From contig JAJHRB010000052.1 in NCBI GenBank assembly GCA_020833025.1, positions 1-10,663 on the forward strand: a DNA stretch of 10,663 nucleotides, in the 5' to 3' direction. The DNA comes from Thermoproteaceae archaeon (GTDB lineage: Archaea; Thermoproteota; Thermoprotei; Thermoproteales; Thermoproteaceae). The notes below the pieces were generated by a model, which was not told where the DNA came from, made no database searches, and saw only the letters and a program-made list of their open reading frames with translations. How positions within the stretch are numbered: the stretch's first letter is position 1; each line of letters begins with the position of its first letter. Made by a program: the position numbers and the translations under genes. Below, piece after piece: positions 1-6,777 of the stretch.

Positions 1-2
1 AC

Positions 3-488
3 GTGACGGCATATCACTGCGTTCAGAACACAAGGCCGGTTATCGTCAAGTGTACCGACAGGGGTCTTGACATCAACGTTGGCGTTTCTGTCGTCGAGAG
101 CGTGCCGCTCAGGCCGTGGTCGTGGTCATGTGTGCTCGCCAGGGGCGGCTGCATTAACTATCACGACTACGCTGCAGTTAGCGACGGCCTTGACGGCGAC
201 ATGCCGCAGCTCGTGCTGAGCTTTGGCAACGAGAGGGGCGATTTTGCCGGCTACATGCCCGCGCCGTGGTACAGCGACAGCCCGGCCGGCCGCAGGGTCA
301 GGTACACGTCGTACGACTACTTCGACCGCAGGCTCGTGAACATCGAGACGAAAATTGCCGGCAGGGTGCTCGCCAGCGTTACCGGCGTTGACGGCAGGAC
401 GTACTTGATGATGGCATACTACGCCCACGAGCCCGGAAGGGTGCTGGCAAGGCCTGGATACTCCGGCTCGAACGTCTACGTGATGTGA
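3..488 (+). CDS. Hypothetical beta-rich protein, probably 5'-truncated by the window edge
   Basis: Frame open from the window start to TGA at 486-488; GC3-rich codons (GAC, GGC, TAC, GTG); Tyr/Gly/Val-rich; T5 tract at 505-509 just downstream. Confidence 0.75.
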   Translation: MTAYHCVQNTRPVIVKCTDRGLDINVGVSVVESVPLRPWSWSCVLARGGCINYHDYAAVSDGLDGDMPQLVLSFGNERGDFAGYMPAPWYSDSPAGRRVRYTSYDYFDRRLVNIETKIAGRVLASVTGVDGRTYLMMAYYAHEPGRVLARPGYSGSNVYVM

Positions 489-805
489 GCCAGGGGCAGG
501 CCGATTTTTGCGGCCACGACCGCCACGAACGTGCCCAGATAGGTTGCAATATCTCTTGCACTTTTGTCCTCCCACGCCTGGTATACAACGTACAGTGCAG
601 TGATTAGCGCGGATGCAAGCATGCCGGCCGGGGAGTGGAAGCACGCAAGCGCTGCGACTGTAGCCGCGGCGGCGTGACCAAGATCGGTGGCCTTAATTCC
701 CTGTGCTTGCAGCGCCCTGTACTTACGCCTTAACGCCAGCCTTGCGAGTGCGAGCGCTCCCGCGAGGGCGATGAGCGCCAGGTCGAGCAGCACGACACGC
801 GGCAC
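476..805 (-). CDS. Small multi-pass membrane protein (105-109 aa)
   Basis: Hydrophobic segments VVLLDLALIALAGALALA, AAAATVAALACF, MLASALITALYVVY and IATYLGTFVAVVAA, with basic RRKYR after the first. The in-frame GTG at 793 fits the TATA at 814-819 better than the GTG at 805. Confidence 0.75.
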   Translation of the reverse strand: MPRVVLLDLALIALAGALALARLALRRKYRALQAQGIKATDLGHAAAATVAALACFHSPAGMLASALITALYVVYQAWEDKSARDIATYLGTFVAVVAAKIGLPLAHIT

Positions 806-812
806 GCAGGGA

Positions 813-820
813 GTTTAAAT
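813..820. promoter_or_regulatory. Bidirectional archaeal TATA box (GTTTAAAT)
   Basis: TTTAAA at 814-819 lies 26 nt from GTG 840 (+) and 26 nt from GTG 793 (-); flanked by a 10-bp inverted repeat (800-809 / 831-840). Confidence 0.7.
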
Positions 821-839
821 CTGCCACGAGCTGCGTGCC

Positions 840-1778
840 GTGCAGCAGCTCGTGGTCTACCACACGAACGTCACGAGTTACTCCATCATTGCCAGGGAGA
901 TATGCCGCGTTAACGGGTGGCAGTGCAGGTACATCACCGGCGACTTGTGGCTCCCGATTGACGTCGATGCGTTCATCGGCTCGCAGTTTGACGCCGTCAA
1001 GTGGCACAACGTGAGGCCAAGGCGCTTCGCTTACATCACCGTCGAGGGGCAGTTCGACAGCGCGCACGCGTGGAGGGCGCTGAGAGACCTGTGTGACAGA
1101 ATTACGTGCTACGTGCCAACGCAGTGGGGAAGGGCAGTGCTTGAGGCACACGGCGTTAAGGTTCAGGACGTGATACCGCACGCCCTGCCGGAGCCGGTTC
1201 CCGGCCCGCCGGGGGAGAGGCCACTTGACGTGATTTACCTCAACGCGCACTACCGCTTTTACTGCCGCGACAAGTTTGGGCTGTTCAGCCAGTGCGACAG
1301 CTGCGAGCGGAAGGGCTGGCGGTTCTGGCCCGAGATCAGGAAGGCATTTCCGGGCTCGCTTGGGTTTGTGAGTAACTGCGAGGTAGTTGACGGCGCTGTT
1401 GGGTTCAAGGCAAAGGATATCGTTGATGTCTACAGGCTGCTGGCGCTCGGCAGGGTGTATGCACATCTAAGCACTCACGAGGGCTTTGGCCTCAACCCGC
1501 TGATGGCAGCGGCAATGGGAGCTGCCGTGGTGTCGTGGGACATAGTGCCGGTGCGCGAGGTGCTGCCTGAGGCGGTGCTCGTGCCGGCGCAGAGCTGTGC
1601 TACTTGCTACCTGTACCCGCACGACATCATGGCGAGGGGCACGTTCACCGCGTGCTGGGGGAGCGTTGGCGAGTTCATTGAGGCCGTGAGGAGAGCGCTC
1701 GGGTCGCCGCCGGCCGTGGACTGGCAGGCAGTAAGGCAGAAGTTCAGCGCCCAGAAGCTCTACGCCAGGCTCGCGTAG
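840..1778 (+). CDS. Glycosyltransferase, GT-B fold, GT4-like (viral)
   Basis: 312 aa with VPTQWGRAVLEAHG..VIPHAL, ERKG and HLSTHEGFGLNPLMAAAMGAAVVSWD..VREVL, the GT4 donor-binding region. The second Glu of the E-x7-E motif is replaced by Met. Confidence 0.9.
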   Translation: MQQLVVYHTNVTSYSIIAREICRVNGWQCRYITGDLWLPIDVDAFIGSQFDAVKWHNVRPRRFAYITVEGQFDSAHAWRALRDLCDRITCYVPTQWGRAVLEAHGVKVQDVIPHALPEPVPGPPGERPLDVIYLNAHYRFYCRDKFGLFSQCDSCERKGWRFWPEIRKAFPGSLGFVSNCEVVDGAVGFKAKDIVDVYRLLALGRVYAHLSTHEGFGLNPLMAAAMGAAVVSWDIVPVREVLPEAVLVPAQSCATCYLYPHDIMARGTFTACWGSVGEFIEAVRRALGSPPAVDWQAVRQKFSAQKLYARLA

Positions 1779-1786
1779 GCACAAGA

Positions 1787-1794
1787 GATAAATA
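1787..1794 (+). promoter_or_regulatory. Putative TATA box (GATAAATA)
   Basis: AT-rich octamer in a 35-nt intergenic gap, 26-27 nt upstream of GTG 1814; purine-rich BRE-like flank. Confidence 0.55.
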
Positions 1795-1813
1795 GTGCGG
1801 TGCCGGGCGTGCC

Positions 1814-2113
1814 GTGAGCCAGTACTCGTACCCAATACCGCCAATATTTCCGGCGTGGATGTGCACCATCGGCTATGCCGTTGGCATTGACTACTACGGC
1901 AATCCGGTCAGCCCGGGCAGGCTTAACGTCAGGTTCAACCGGACTGTCAACCCGCCGCTGACTGTACTTGCCGTGTGGGACGTGCCGGTCGCTGCCGGGT
2001 ACTTCTACGGACGGCACGAATTGGGCTACTACACCGACCCAATTATCATCGTGCCGGACTACCCGGTTTACGGAATAGGATTTAACGTTAGAGTAGTGTC
2101 GGGATCGGCATGA
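1814..2113 (+). CDS. Hypothetical 99-aa Tyr/Pro/Val-rich beta protein (possible minor virion protein)
   Basis: TATA upstream; stop overlaps the next start (ATGA at 2110-2113). The virion role is inference from composition and neighbourhood. Confidence 0.75.
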   Translation: MSQYSYPIPPIFPAWMCTIGYAVGIDYYGNPVSPGRLNVRFNRTVNPPLTVLAVWDVPVAAGYFYGRHELGYYTDPIIIVPDYPVYGIGFNVRVVSGSA

Positions 2114-2433
2114 TAGTCAATCCAGTTCCGTGGATGCAGTCGTGTGCGTTCTGGACGTACAGAGCTGGATATCGTCGCATACGTACTGGCTTTGATACTA
2201 CATACCAGGAGTATATTCCGTTTTACTACGAGACGCTGCCAAATGGAGTTAAACTTACATGGAGCTGCGTGCCAGGCACTTGCAGCACTTACGATAGCGG
2301 CAGTACTTATATCGCAGCAATTTCTAGCTGTTCCCCTACTCTCTGCACGCGGATTTACAGCAACCTCAGGATATACGGCTGGCCCGGCATCCAGTGGCAG
2401 CAAATATTCATCAACAATGTTGTAACTGCATAG
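2110..2433 (+). CDS. Hypothetical 107-aa aromatic/Cys-rich beta protein (possible adhesin or receptor-binding protein)
   Basis: ATGA coupling to the upstream gene; rich in Tyr/Trp/Thr/Ser with 5 Cys; about 48% GC with many A/T-ending codons. The function is inference. Confidence 0.7.
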   Translation: MIVNPVPWMQSCAFWTYRAGYRRIRTGFDTTYQEYIPFYYETLPNGVKLTWSCVPGTCSTYDSGSTYIAAISSCSPTLCTRIYSNLRIYGWPGIQWQQIFINNVVTA

Positions 2434-2440
2434 TGCCGCA

Positions 2441-2725
2441 CTATCTGGAATACGCAATCTCGCTGACGTCGTAAACAATTATCTCTATTCCGCCTGCCGT
2501 CGATATGCTCGATGCGTCTATCACGAATATTTCATAGCCGCCATACGTGGAAATGCTCGATGCGTCAACCACGGATATCTCGTAGCCGCCGTACGTGGCA
2601 ATGTACGACGCGTCCATCACGTCAATTACAAGCTCGACGTGCGGGTACACAATGTAAGAGGCATCAGCAACTGCAAGCTCGATGCCGCCTGCCGTTGATA
2701 TCGCGCTCGCGTCCGTGACCGCAAT
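2441..2725 (-). repeat. Intragenic tandem repeat, six units of ~48 nt / 16 aa
   Basis: Units at 2678-2725 IAVTDASAISTAGGIE; 2627-2677 LAVADASYIVYPHVELV; 2579-2626 IDVMDASYIATYGGYE; 2531-2578 ISVVDASSISTYGGYE; 2483-2530 IFVIDASSISTAGGIE; 2444-2482 IIVYDVSEIAYSR. Confidence 0.9.
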
Positions 2726-3862
2726 GCTGGCAATTGCCGGCGGGTAGATGGCCGGATGGAGGCTGAAGTACACCGCAGCGCCGGTGGGCACCGCCACCTC
2801 GGGCCTCAGCTCGAAGACAGCCGGCAGTACTTCGGGGTACCGGTACGTCGGAATGTAGGCAAGCGCGTACACGGCGTAGACCTCAGGCATCAGCTCAAAC
2901 GCCGAAGGCAGGACGCGGCCGGCAGCAATGTAGGGCGCGATGCCGGAGACCAGCGGGCGCGTCGTGACTGCTGCAACGTGCGGCACCAGCGTGAATGCCG
3001 CCTCGGGCCTCCGCGCTGCCGCGTGGGCCTCCGGCCTCAGCTCTGACAGGAGCTCCGGCGCCATGATGATGTACGGCACGTAGTACGGCGCGTAGTTGAA
3101 GTACACGAACAGCGCCGGCACGACGCTGGACGCTGCTGCCGGCAGCGCTGTGACGGCAGGGTAGTACGGCACGTACGGCAGCGCGTAGGGCGGGAGCACT
3201 GCTGGCACTGTCACGGCGTATGCACACGCGTTTCCAATCAGCGCATCAACTAGTGCCGGCCCTGCAAAAAATGCAATGCCCGGCACCGCCATGCCCAGAA
3301 ATCCTGCAATCACGCCCGCCAGGCTGCCCCTCGCGAACGACTCGACTGCCTTCCTCGCGCCGCGGCCGAACATAGGCAACCACTTGTACGCGAGGTACGC
3401 GCCGAAGGCGTACCGCAGCGCCGGAATTACAACGCGGCACATGATGTAGTACACCGCACCGAGCACTGACAGGGCCACTGACAGCGCTGCGTACGCCACC
3501 GGCACGAGGATGTACCTCACCGCGACGCATGCAATCACCACCGGCGCGGCTGCAAGCCCGGCAACCGCACCCGCTATCTGCTCGTGAAACGGCATCCAGG
3601 ATATCCTCCCGTCAACGAACTCCCTTACAGATTCAAACAGCGCCTCGGCCCACGACCAGAGCTGACCGCTCATATCAAGCAGCGCGCTCCTGGCGGCATC
3701 AATGACGTGCTGCAGGTACTGGTAGACGTGCGGGTAGGCGACAGTGAACGCTATGACGAAGCGCGGGTCTGCAACTTTCTTGACGTACGACGCGAGCGCC
3801 CTGACTCTCGCTGCCAGGAACTCGACGAAGCCTCCGATTACTGGCAGCGCGCCCCAGGCCAC
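2441..3862 (-). CDS. 473-aa membrane-anchored protein with C-terminal repeats (putative virion fibre/adhesin)
   Basis: N-terminal ~215 aa with long hydrophobic helices, a Pro/Tyr-rich linker, FELxPEV repeats and six ~16-aa IxVxDASxIxTxGGxE repeats; GTG start 3 nt after the upstream stop. Confidence 0.85.
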   Translation of the reverse strand: MAWGALPVIGGFVEFLAARVRALASYVKKVADPRFVIAFTVAYPHVYQYLQHVIDAARSALLDMSGQLWSWAEALFESVREFVDGRISWMPFHEQIAGAVAGLAAAPVVIACVAVRYILVPVAYAALSVALSVLGAVYYIMCRVVIPALRYAFGAYLAYKWLPMFGRGARKAVESFARGSLAGVIAGFLGMAVPGIAFFAGPALVDALIGNACAYAVTVPAVLPPYALPYVPYYPAVTALPAAASSVVPALFVYFNYAPYYVPYIIMAPELLSELRPEAHAAARRPEAAFTLVPHVAAVTTRPLVSGIAPYIAAGRVLPSAFELMPEVYAVYALAYIPTYRYPEVLPAVFELRPEVAVPTGAAVYFSLHPAIYPPAIASIAVTDASAISTAGGIELAVADASYIVYPHVELVIDVMDASYIATYGGYEISVVDASSISTYGGYEIFVIDASSISTAGGIEIIVYDVSEIAYSR

Positions 3863-3865
3863 AAG

Positions 3866-4099
3866 CTACCCCAGCAGCTCTCCGAGCTGGACTTTAAAGT
3901 AGATGAGGCCGTCCCTGTACCCCACGAACTCGATGCCGCTGCCTGCAAGCGCCCGCGTGAAGAACTCCCTGGCGTCAACGGCAACGAGCACGGCGTCTCC
4001 CTCGTACTCGACCCTCCTGACGAGACCGCCGGTCAGCAGCGCCGCGACCTCCGGCGGGAGCCTCTGCTTTAACCTCTCTCTAACTGCGGCATCGGCCAT
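3866..4099 (-). CDS. Hypothetical 77-aa alpha/beta protein
   Basis: Start reassigned from 4222 to ATG 4099 (MADAAVRERLKQRLPPE...): TGATG overlap with the upstream stop and TATATAA 26 nt upstream. Confidence 0.8.
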   Translation of the reverse strand: MADAAVRERLKQRLPPEVAALLTGGLVRRVEYEGDAVLVAVDAREFFTRALAGSGIEFVGYRDGLIYFKVQLGELLG

Positions 4100-4449
4100 C
4101 AGCTGAAGTACGCCCTGATTATATATCTCTTGCCAATTCTGACGGTGCCGGCAGGTATTCCAATGCTCTCGTCGCTGCACAGCTCTATGCCCCACTTCTG
4201 GCCGGCGGCGGGAAACACGCAAGTTGTGTGCAGTCTCTGCAGCGTGCCGCCGTTTGAGGAAAACTCGAAGAGCGTGTCAATTACCGTGTCGAGATAGTCA
4301 GCCGTGCGCACGAAATCGCACCCAGTTATCCTCGCGCTTGCAGTTACCGTCTGGCCGTTGACCACGACGTAGCTGTTTGCAGTTGACGCCTCGTTGCCCC
4401 GGTACGCAATGCACGCGTAATTGCCGGTGAGCACCTCTATCTTGGGCAT
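4099..4449 (-). CDS. Hypothetical 116-aa beta-rich protein (possible minor virion protein)
   Basis: Operon packing (3-nt gap upstream, 1-nt overlap downstream); alternating beta pattern; 4 Cys. Confidence 0.8.
   Translation of the reverse strand: MPKIEVLTGNYACIAYRGNEASTANSYVVVNGQTVTASARITGCDFVRTADYLDTVIDTLFEFSSNGGTLQRLHTTCVFPAAGQKWGIELCSDESIGIPAGTVRIGKRYIIRAYFS
4119..4127 (-). promoter_or_regulatory. Internal TATA box (GATATATAA on minus strand)
   Basis: Lies inside the 116-aa CDS, 26 nt upstream of ATG 4099. Confidence 0.5.
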
Positions 4450-4452
4450 GGC

Positions 4453-4752
4453 CTAGAAGTACAGCCTCAGCTGCACGTAAATGTAGTCACCGGCGCTGAC
4501 AGACACGTTCAGGTCGTCCACAAACGCCCGGACGACAGGAATGCCGTTCACGTCCCAGAAGAGTACGGCCCATAGCGTGCCGCCTGCCTGCGCGGTGCAG
4601 CCGGCAGACACCGCATTGTACCTGCCGTCCACGCCGTAGTCCTTCCTCACGTCTGCGGTGTCGCACAGCGTTACCGTGGACGTGAGGAAGCCCACCTTTA
4701 CCGTCATGCTCACGGTGATGTCGGCGAGACTCCTGGAGGCCGGGTAGCACAC
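4453..4752 (-). CDS. Hypothetical 99-aa beta-rich protein (possible minor virion protein)
   Basis: GTG start 2 nt after the upstream stop; beta-strand pattern ending VSVSAGDYIYVQLRLYF. Confidence 0.8.
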   Translation of the reverse strand: MCYPASRSLADITVSMTVKVGFLTSTVTLCDTADVRKDYGVDGRYNAVSAGCTAQAGGTLWAVLFWDVNGIPVVRAFVDDLNVSVSAGDYIYVQLRLYF

Positions 4753-4754
4753 GG

Positions 4755-4925
4755 CTACGCCTTACTGCCCTGCCTTCTTGCCTTGAGGCACTCCTCGACT
4801 GCCCGCTCTAGCAGCTGCCTGTCAGCGTTGTATGTCTGTTTGGGCCTGCAGTCTCCATCCAGCGTCACGACGCCCACCTCAACTCTTTCAACCCTTTCGG
4901 GCAGTTTCACGCAGCCGGCAGGCAC
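4755..4925 (-). CDS. Hypothetical 56-aa protein
   Basis: Start reassigned from 5003 to the in-frame GTG 4925 (MPAGCVKLPERVERVEVGVVTLDGDCRPKQ...), 5 nt after the GT stop and 27-28 nt from TTATATA at 4953-4947. Confidence 0.65.
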   Translation of the reverse strand: MPAGCVKLPERVERVEVGVVTLDGDCRPKQTYNADRQLLERAVEECLKARRQGSKA

Positions 4926-4930
4926 GTGCC

Positions 4931-5845
4931 TCAGTGCAGCAGCTCGTATATAAGCGTTCTCAGGAAGTTGTAGTGAGGCCTCGGCACGAGCGGCCTGTCG
5001 CACGGCCTCTCAAGCGCTCTGTGCAGCGCCTCGACGTATTCCTGCGGGCTCCACGCCCTGTACTCTTCATACACGTCGTCTCTCGGGCCCCTGTAGTATG
5101 CCACGTCGTAGTAATTGACTGAATGCACGCACGGATGTGCAAGCACGTCCCAGAACGCCTCGTGGCGGACGGTCACCAGGTTCATGCCCATTGCGAGCGC
5201 CTCCCTCTGGAACAGCCCGAAGCCCTCGCCGGAGCTCAGCGACGCGAACGTGCCGTAGTTCGCCATGAGCGAGTACAGCTCCTGCTTGCCGGTTCTCGCC
5301 AGTCTCTTCACTCCGAGCATCTCAAGCCTCCTGTTAAGCTCTGCAGCATAGGCGTCCGGCACCTCGTCACGGTAGAACGCGTCGAGCACCTCGCGGGCGA
5401 GCTCAAGCGTGCTCAGCGCCCACGGCATCCACTTCCGCGGGTAGTTACCGGCAATGTACACTGCCCTCCTGTTCCGGCCTGCCATGACTAGCGGCGGCAC
5501 TATTTCGTGCGGCACGATGTAATCCACGTGCACGTCGCTCTCCTCCATCCACTGTCTCGCCGCAAGCGACGGCACTATGCTGAGCCCGCAGCCGCACTTC
5601 CTCGCCCTCCTGCGCCCTAGAGACGTGAGAATGCCCTCGACAATCCAGTAACACACTCTGTGCGCTGCCCTTATCTTGCACGCAGCCTCGAAGCCGGCGT
5701 TCGGCGGGCCGATGATCACAACAACGTCGTAACTAGCAAACGGCCTGACCTGAAGCGCGAGCTCCCCGCCAACGCGCTCGGCAATAAGTTGTGCCTGCTC
5801 CATGACGCTCGTGGCAGCCACCGTGGGGATGACTGCAGCCTTCAC
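4931..5845 (-). CDS. Glycosyltransferase, GT-B fold, GT4-like (viral)
   Basis: Motifs VVIIGP, IVPSLAARQWM..YIVPHEI, YIAGNYPRK and SLSSGEGFGLFQREALAMG with intact E-x7-E. Start moved from TTG 5863 to GTG 5845 (MKAAVIP), 29 nt from TTTAATAC. Confidence 0.9.
   Translation of the reverse strand: MKAAVIPTVAATSVMEQAQLIAERVGGELALQVRPFASYDVVVIIGPPNAGFEAACKIRAAHRVCYWIVEGILTSLGRRRARKCGCGLSIVPSLAARQWMEESDVHVDYIVPHEIVPPLVMAGRNRRAVYIAGNYPRKWMPWALSTLELAREVLDAFYRDEVPDAYAAELNRRLEMLGVKRLARTGKQELYSLMANYGTFASLSSGEGFGLFQREALAMGMNLVTVRHEAFWDVLAHPCVHSVNYYDVAYYRGPRDDVYEEYRAWSPQEYVEALHRALERPCDRPLVPRPHYNFLRTLIYELLH
4947..4953 (-). promoter_or_regulatory. Internal TATA box (TTATATA on minus strand)
   Basis: Lies in the last codons of the second glycosyltransferase, 28 nt upstream of GTG 4925. 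Confidence 0.5.
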
Positions 5846-5866
5846 GTCACGGCGGGAGCGCAACGC

Positions 5867-5874
5867 GTATTAAA
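5867..5874 (-). promoter_or_regulatory. TATA box (TTTAATAC on minus strand)
   Basis: In the 113-nt divergent intergenic region, 29 nt upstream of GTG 5845. Confidence 0.6.
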
Positions 5875-5924
5875 CGTGCGCTCCGGGCTGCAGCCTGCCC
5901 TACCGCGAAATTCCCGGCGACGCG

Positions 5925-5951
5925 CTAATGTATATATCGTGCTGCCGGCAG
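5925..5951 (+). promoter_or_regulatory. Promoter, copy 1 of the CTAAYGTATATATCKTRCTGCCGG motif
   Basis: TATATATC at 5931-5938, 28 nt before ATG 5959; 21/24 nt identical to 7521-7544. Confidence 0.8.
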
Positions 5952-5958
5952 TGCTGCG

Positions 5959-6384
5959 ATGGTAGGGAGAAGGAGAGTATACAGGCCGTACAGCAAGGAA
6001 AAAATAAAGACGGCGCTGTACAACGTCATCACCGCCAGGATGGGCGCCGCCGGGACGGAGTCAATACTGCTGCAGCTGCACGCCCTAAATTACTCAACGC
6101 TTGCAGCAGAGGCGTGGGATAAATACGGGAAGCTCGCCAGCGACGTGTTCAATGAATTGAAACCGGTGTCCGGGCTTACAGGAACGAGGCTCGCCGGGCT
6201 TAGGGCAATGGTGGGCGCCGCGATAAAGCTGCACAAGATGTGCGAGCGCGGGAGGGTTGTAACGAGGGCAGAGGCAAGAGAGCACATCACCGCCGCGGGC
6301 AGGAGGGCAGGGCTGACTGACGACGAGATTGCCAGAGTGATTGACCGGCTCGTGTCCGTCGGCTCTTGCGAGAGGCTTGCCTAG
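5959..6384 (+). CDS. Putative major capsid protein, SIRV2-like fold (Adnaviria-type)
   Basis: 141 aa, all-helical; basic N-terminus (GRRRVYRPYSKEKIK); KxxLYxxxxxxMG...Q...NY segment, GLTGTRLA helix-turn and C-terminal GLTDDEIARVIDRL. These match the layout of rudivirus/lipothrixvirus MCPs as I recall them. Own strong promoter and a T6 downstream. Not database-confirmed. Confidence 0.6.
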   Translation: MVGRRRVYRPYSKEKIKTALYNVITARMGAAGTESILLQLHALNYSTLAAEAWDKYGKLASDVFNELKPVSGLTGTRLAGLRAMVGAAIKLHKMCERGRVVTRAEAREHITAAGRRAGLTDDEIARVIDRLVSVGSCERLA

Positions 6385-6773
6385 TGCGCCTCTCTTAGCG
6401 TTTCCAGCAGCAGCCTCCTGAGAAACTCCTCCACTTTTTTCCTGCCTCTCGACTCTGCCGTGACGAGATAGTTGTGCGTGTTCTGCACGTCCAGCCTCAT
6501 GAACTCAATGCAGTCAATGGCAAACCACCACTTCTTCTTTTCCGTGACTGCCCTCCCGTACTTGTGGAAGAACATCCTTATTGCAGCCCTTACATTCTCC
6601 CAGCGCAGGTACCGCGCGAGCCTCAGTCTCAGCAGCCGCGTCGAGAACACCAGCGCCCTCCTCTCCGGCGCTATCACCCTGCCGCAGCGCACTGACACCA
6701 GCGTTCTAATTGCGTGGTACGCCAAGTATGTCTCTGGGCTCCAGCGGTAGTACCACGCCTTTCTCTTCCGCAC
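6381..6773 (-). CDS. Basic 130-aa protein, possible winged-helix DNA-binding protein
   Basis: Very Arg/Lys-rich; helix-helix then beta hairpin pattern (FSTRLLRLRLARYLRWENVRAAIRMFFHKYGRAVTEKKKWWFAID); GTG start 4 nt after the upstream stop. Confidence 0.7.
   Translation of the reverse strand: MRKRKAWYYRWSPETYLAYHAIRTLVSVRCGRVIAPERRALVFSTRLLRLRLARYLRWENVRAAIRMFFHKYGRAVTEKKKWWFAIDCIEFMRLDVQNTHNYLVTAESRGRKKVEEFLRRLLLETLREAH
6435..6440 (+). terminator. Oligo-T (T6) putative terminator of the MCP-like gene
   Basis: CCACTTTTTT about 50 nt after the stop, inside the convergent ORF; T6 runs are rare in this window. Confidence 0.45.
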
Positions 6774-6777
6774 CTGC

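Noticed and set aside
126-644. 172-aa minus-strand ORF (and 379-588)
   Set aside because: Overlaps two better-supported genes; Arg/His/Pro-rich composition typical of a non-coding frame.
723-1466. 247-aa minus-strand ORF
   Set aside because: Antisense shadow of the glycosyltransferase; no motifs; long shadow ORFs are expected with GC-rich codon bias.
2068-2478. Alternative ORFs 2144-2425 (+) and 2068-2478 (-) over the 107-aa gene
   Set aside because: Three open frames in a lower-GC block is mildly unusual, but only 2110-2433 has translational coupling; the others have no promoter, RBS or family features.
2441-2725. Repeat array as a CRISPR array or a diversity-generating retroelement TR/VR pair
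   Set aside because: The units are in-frame, degenerate, without unique spacers, and their differences are not adenine-specific; no reverse transcriptase in the window.
3584-4072. 162-aa plus-strand ORF
   Set aside because: Antisense to the tightly coupled minus-strand operon; no supporting signals.
5881-5920. Short GC palindromes in the divergent intergenic region (GGCTGCAGCC at 5886-5895) as an origin or ncRNA
   Set aside because: Ten-bp GC-rich palindromes are expected by chance at this composition; no extended hairpin or iterons.
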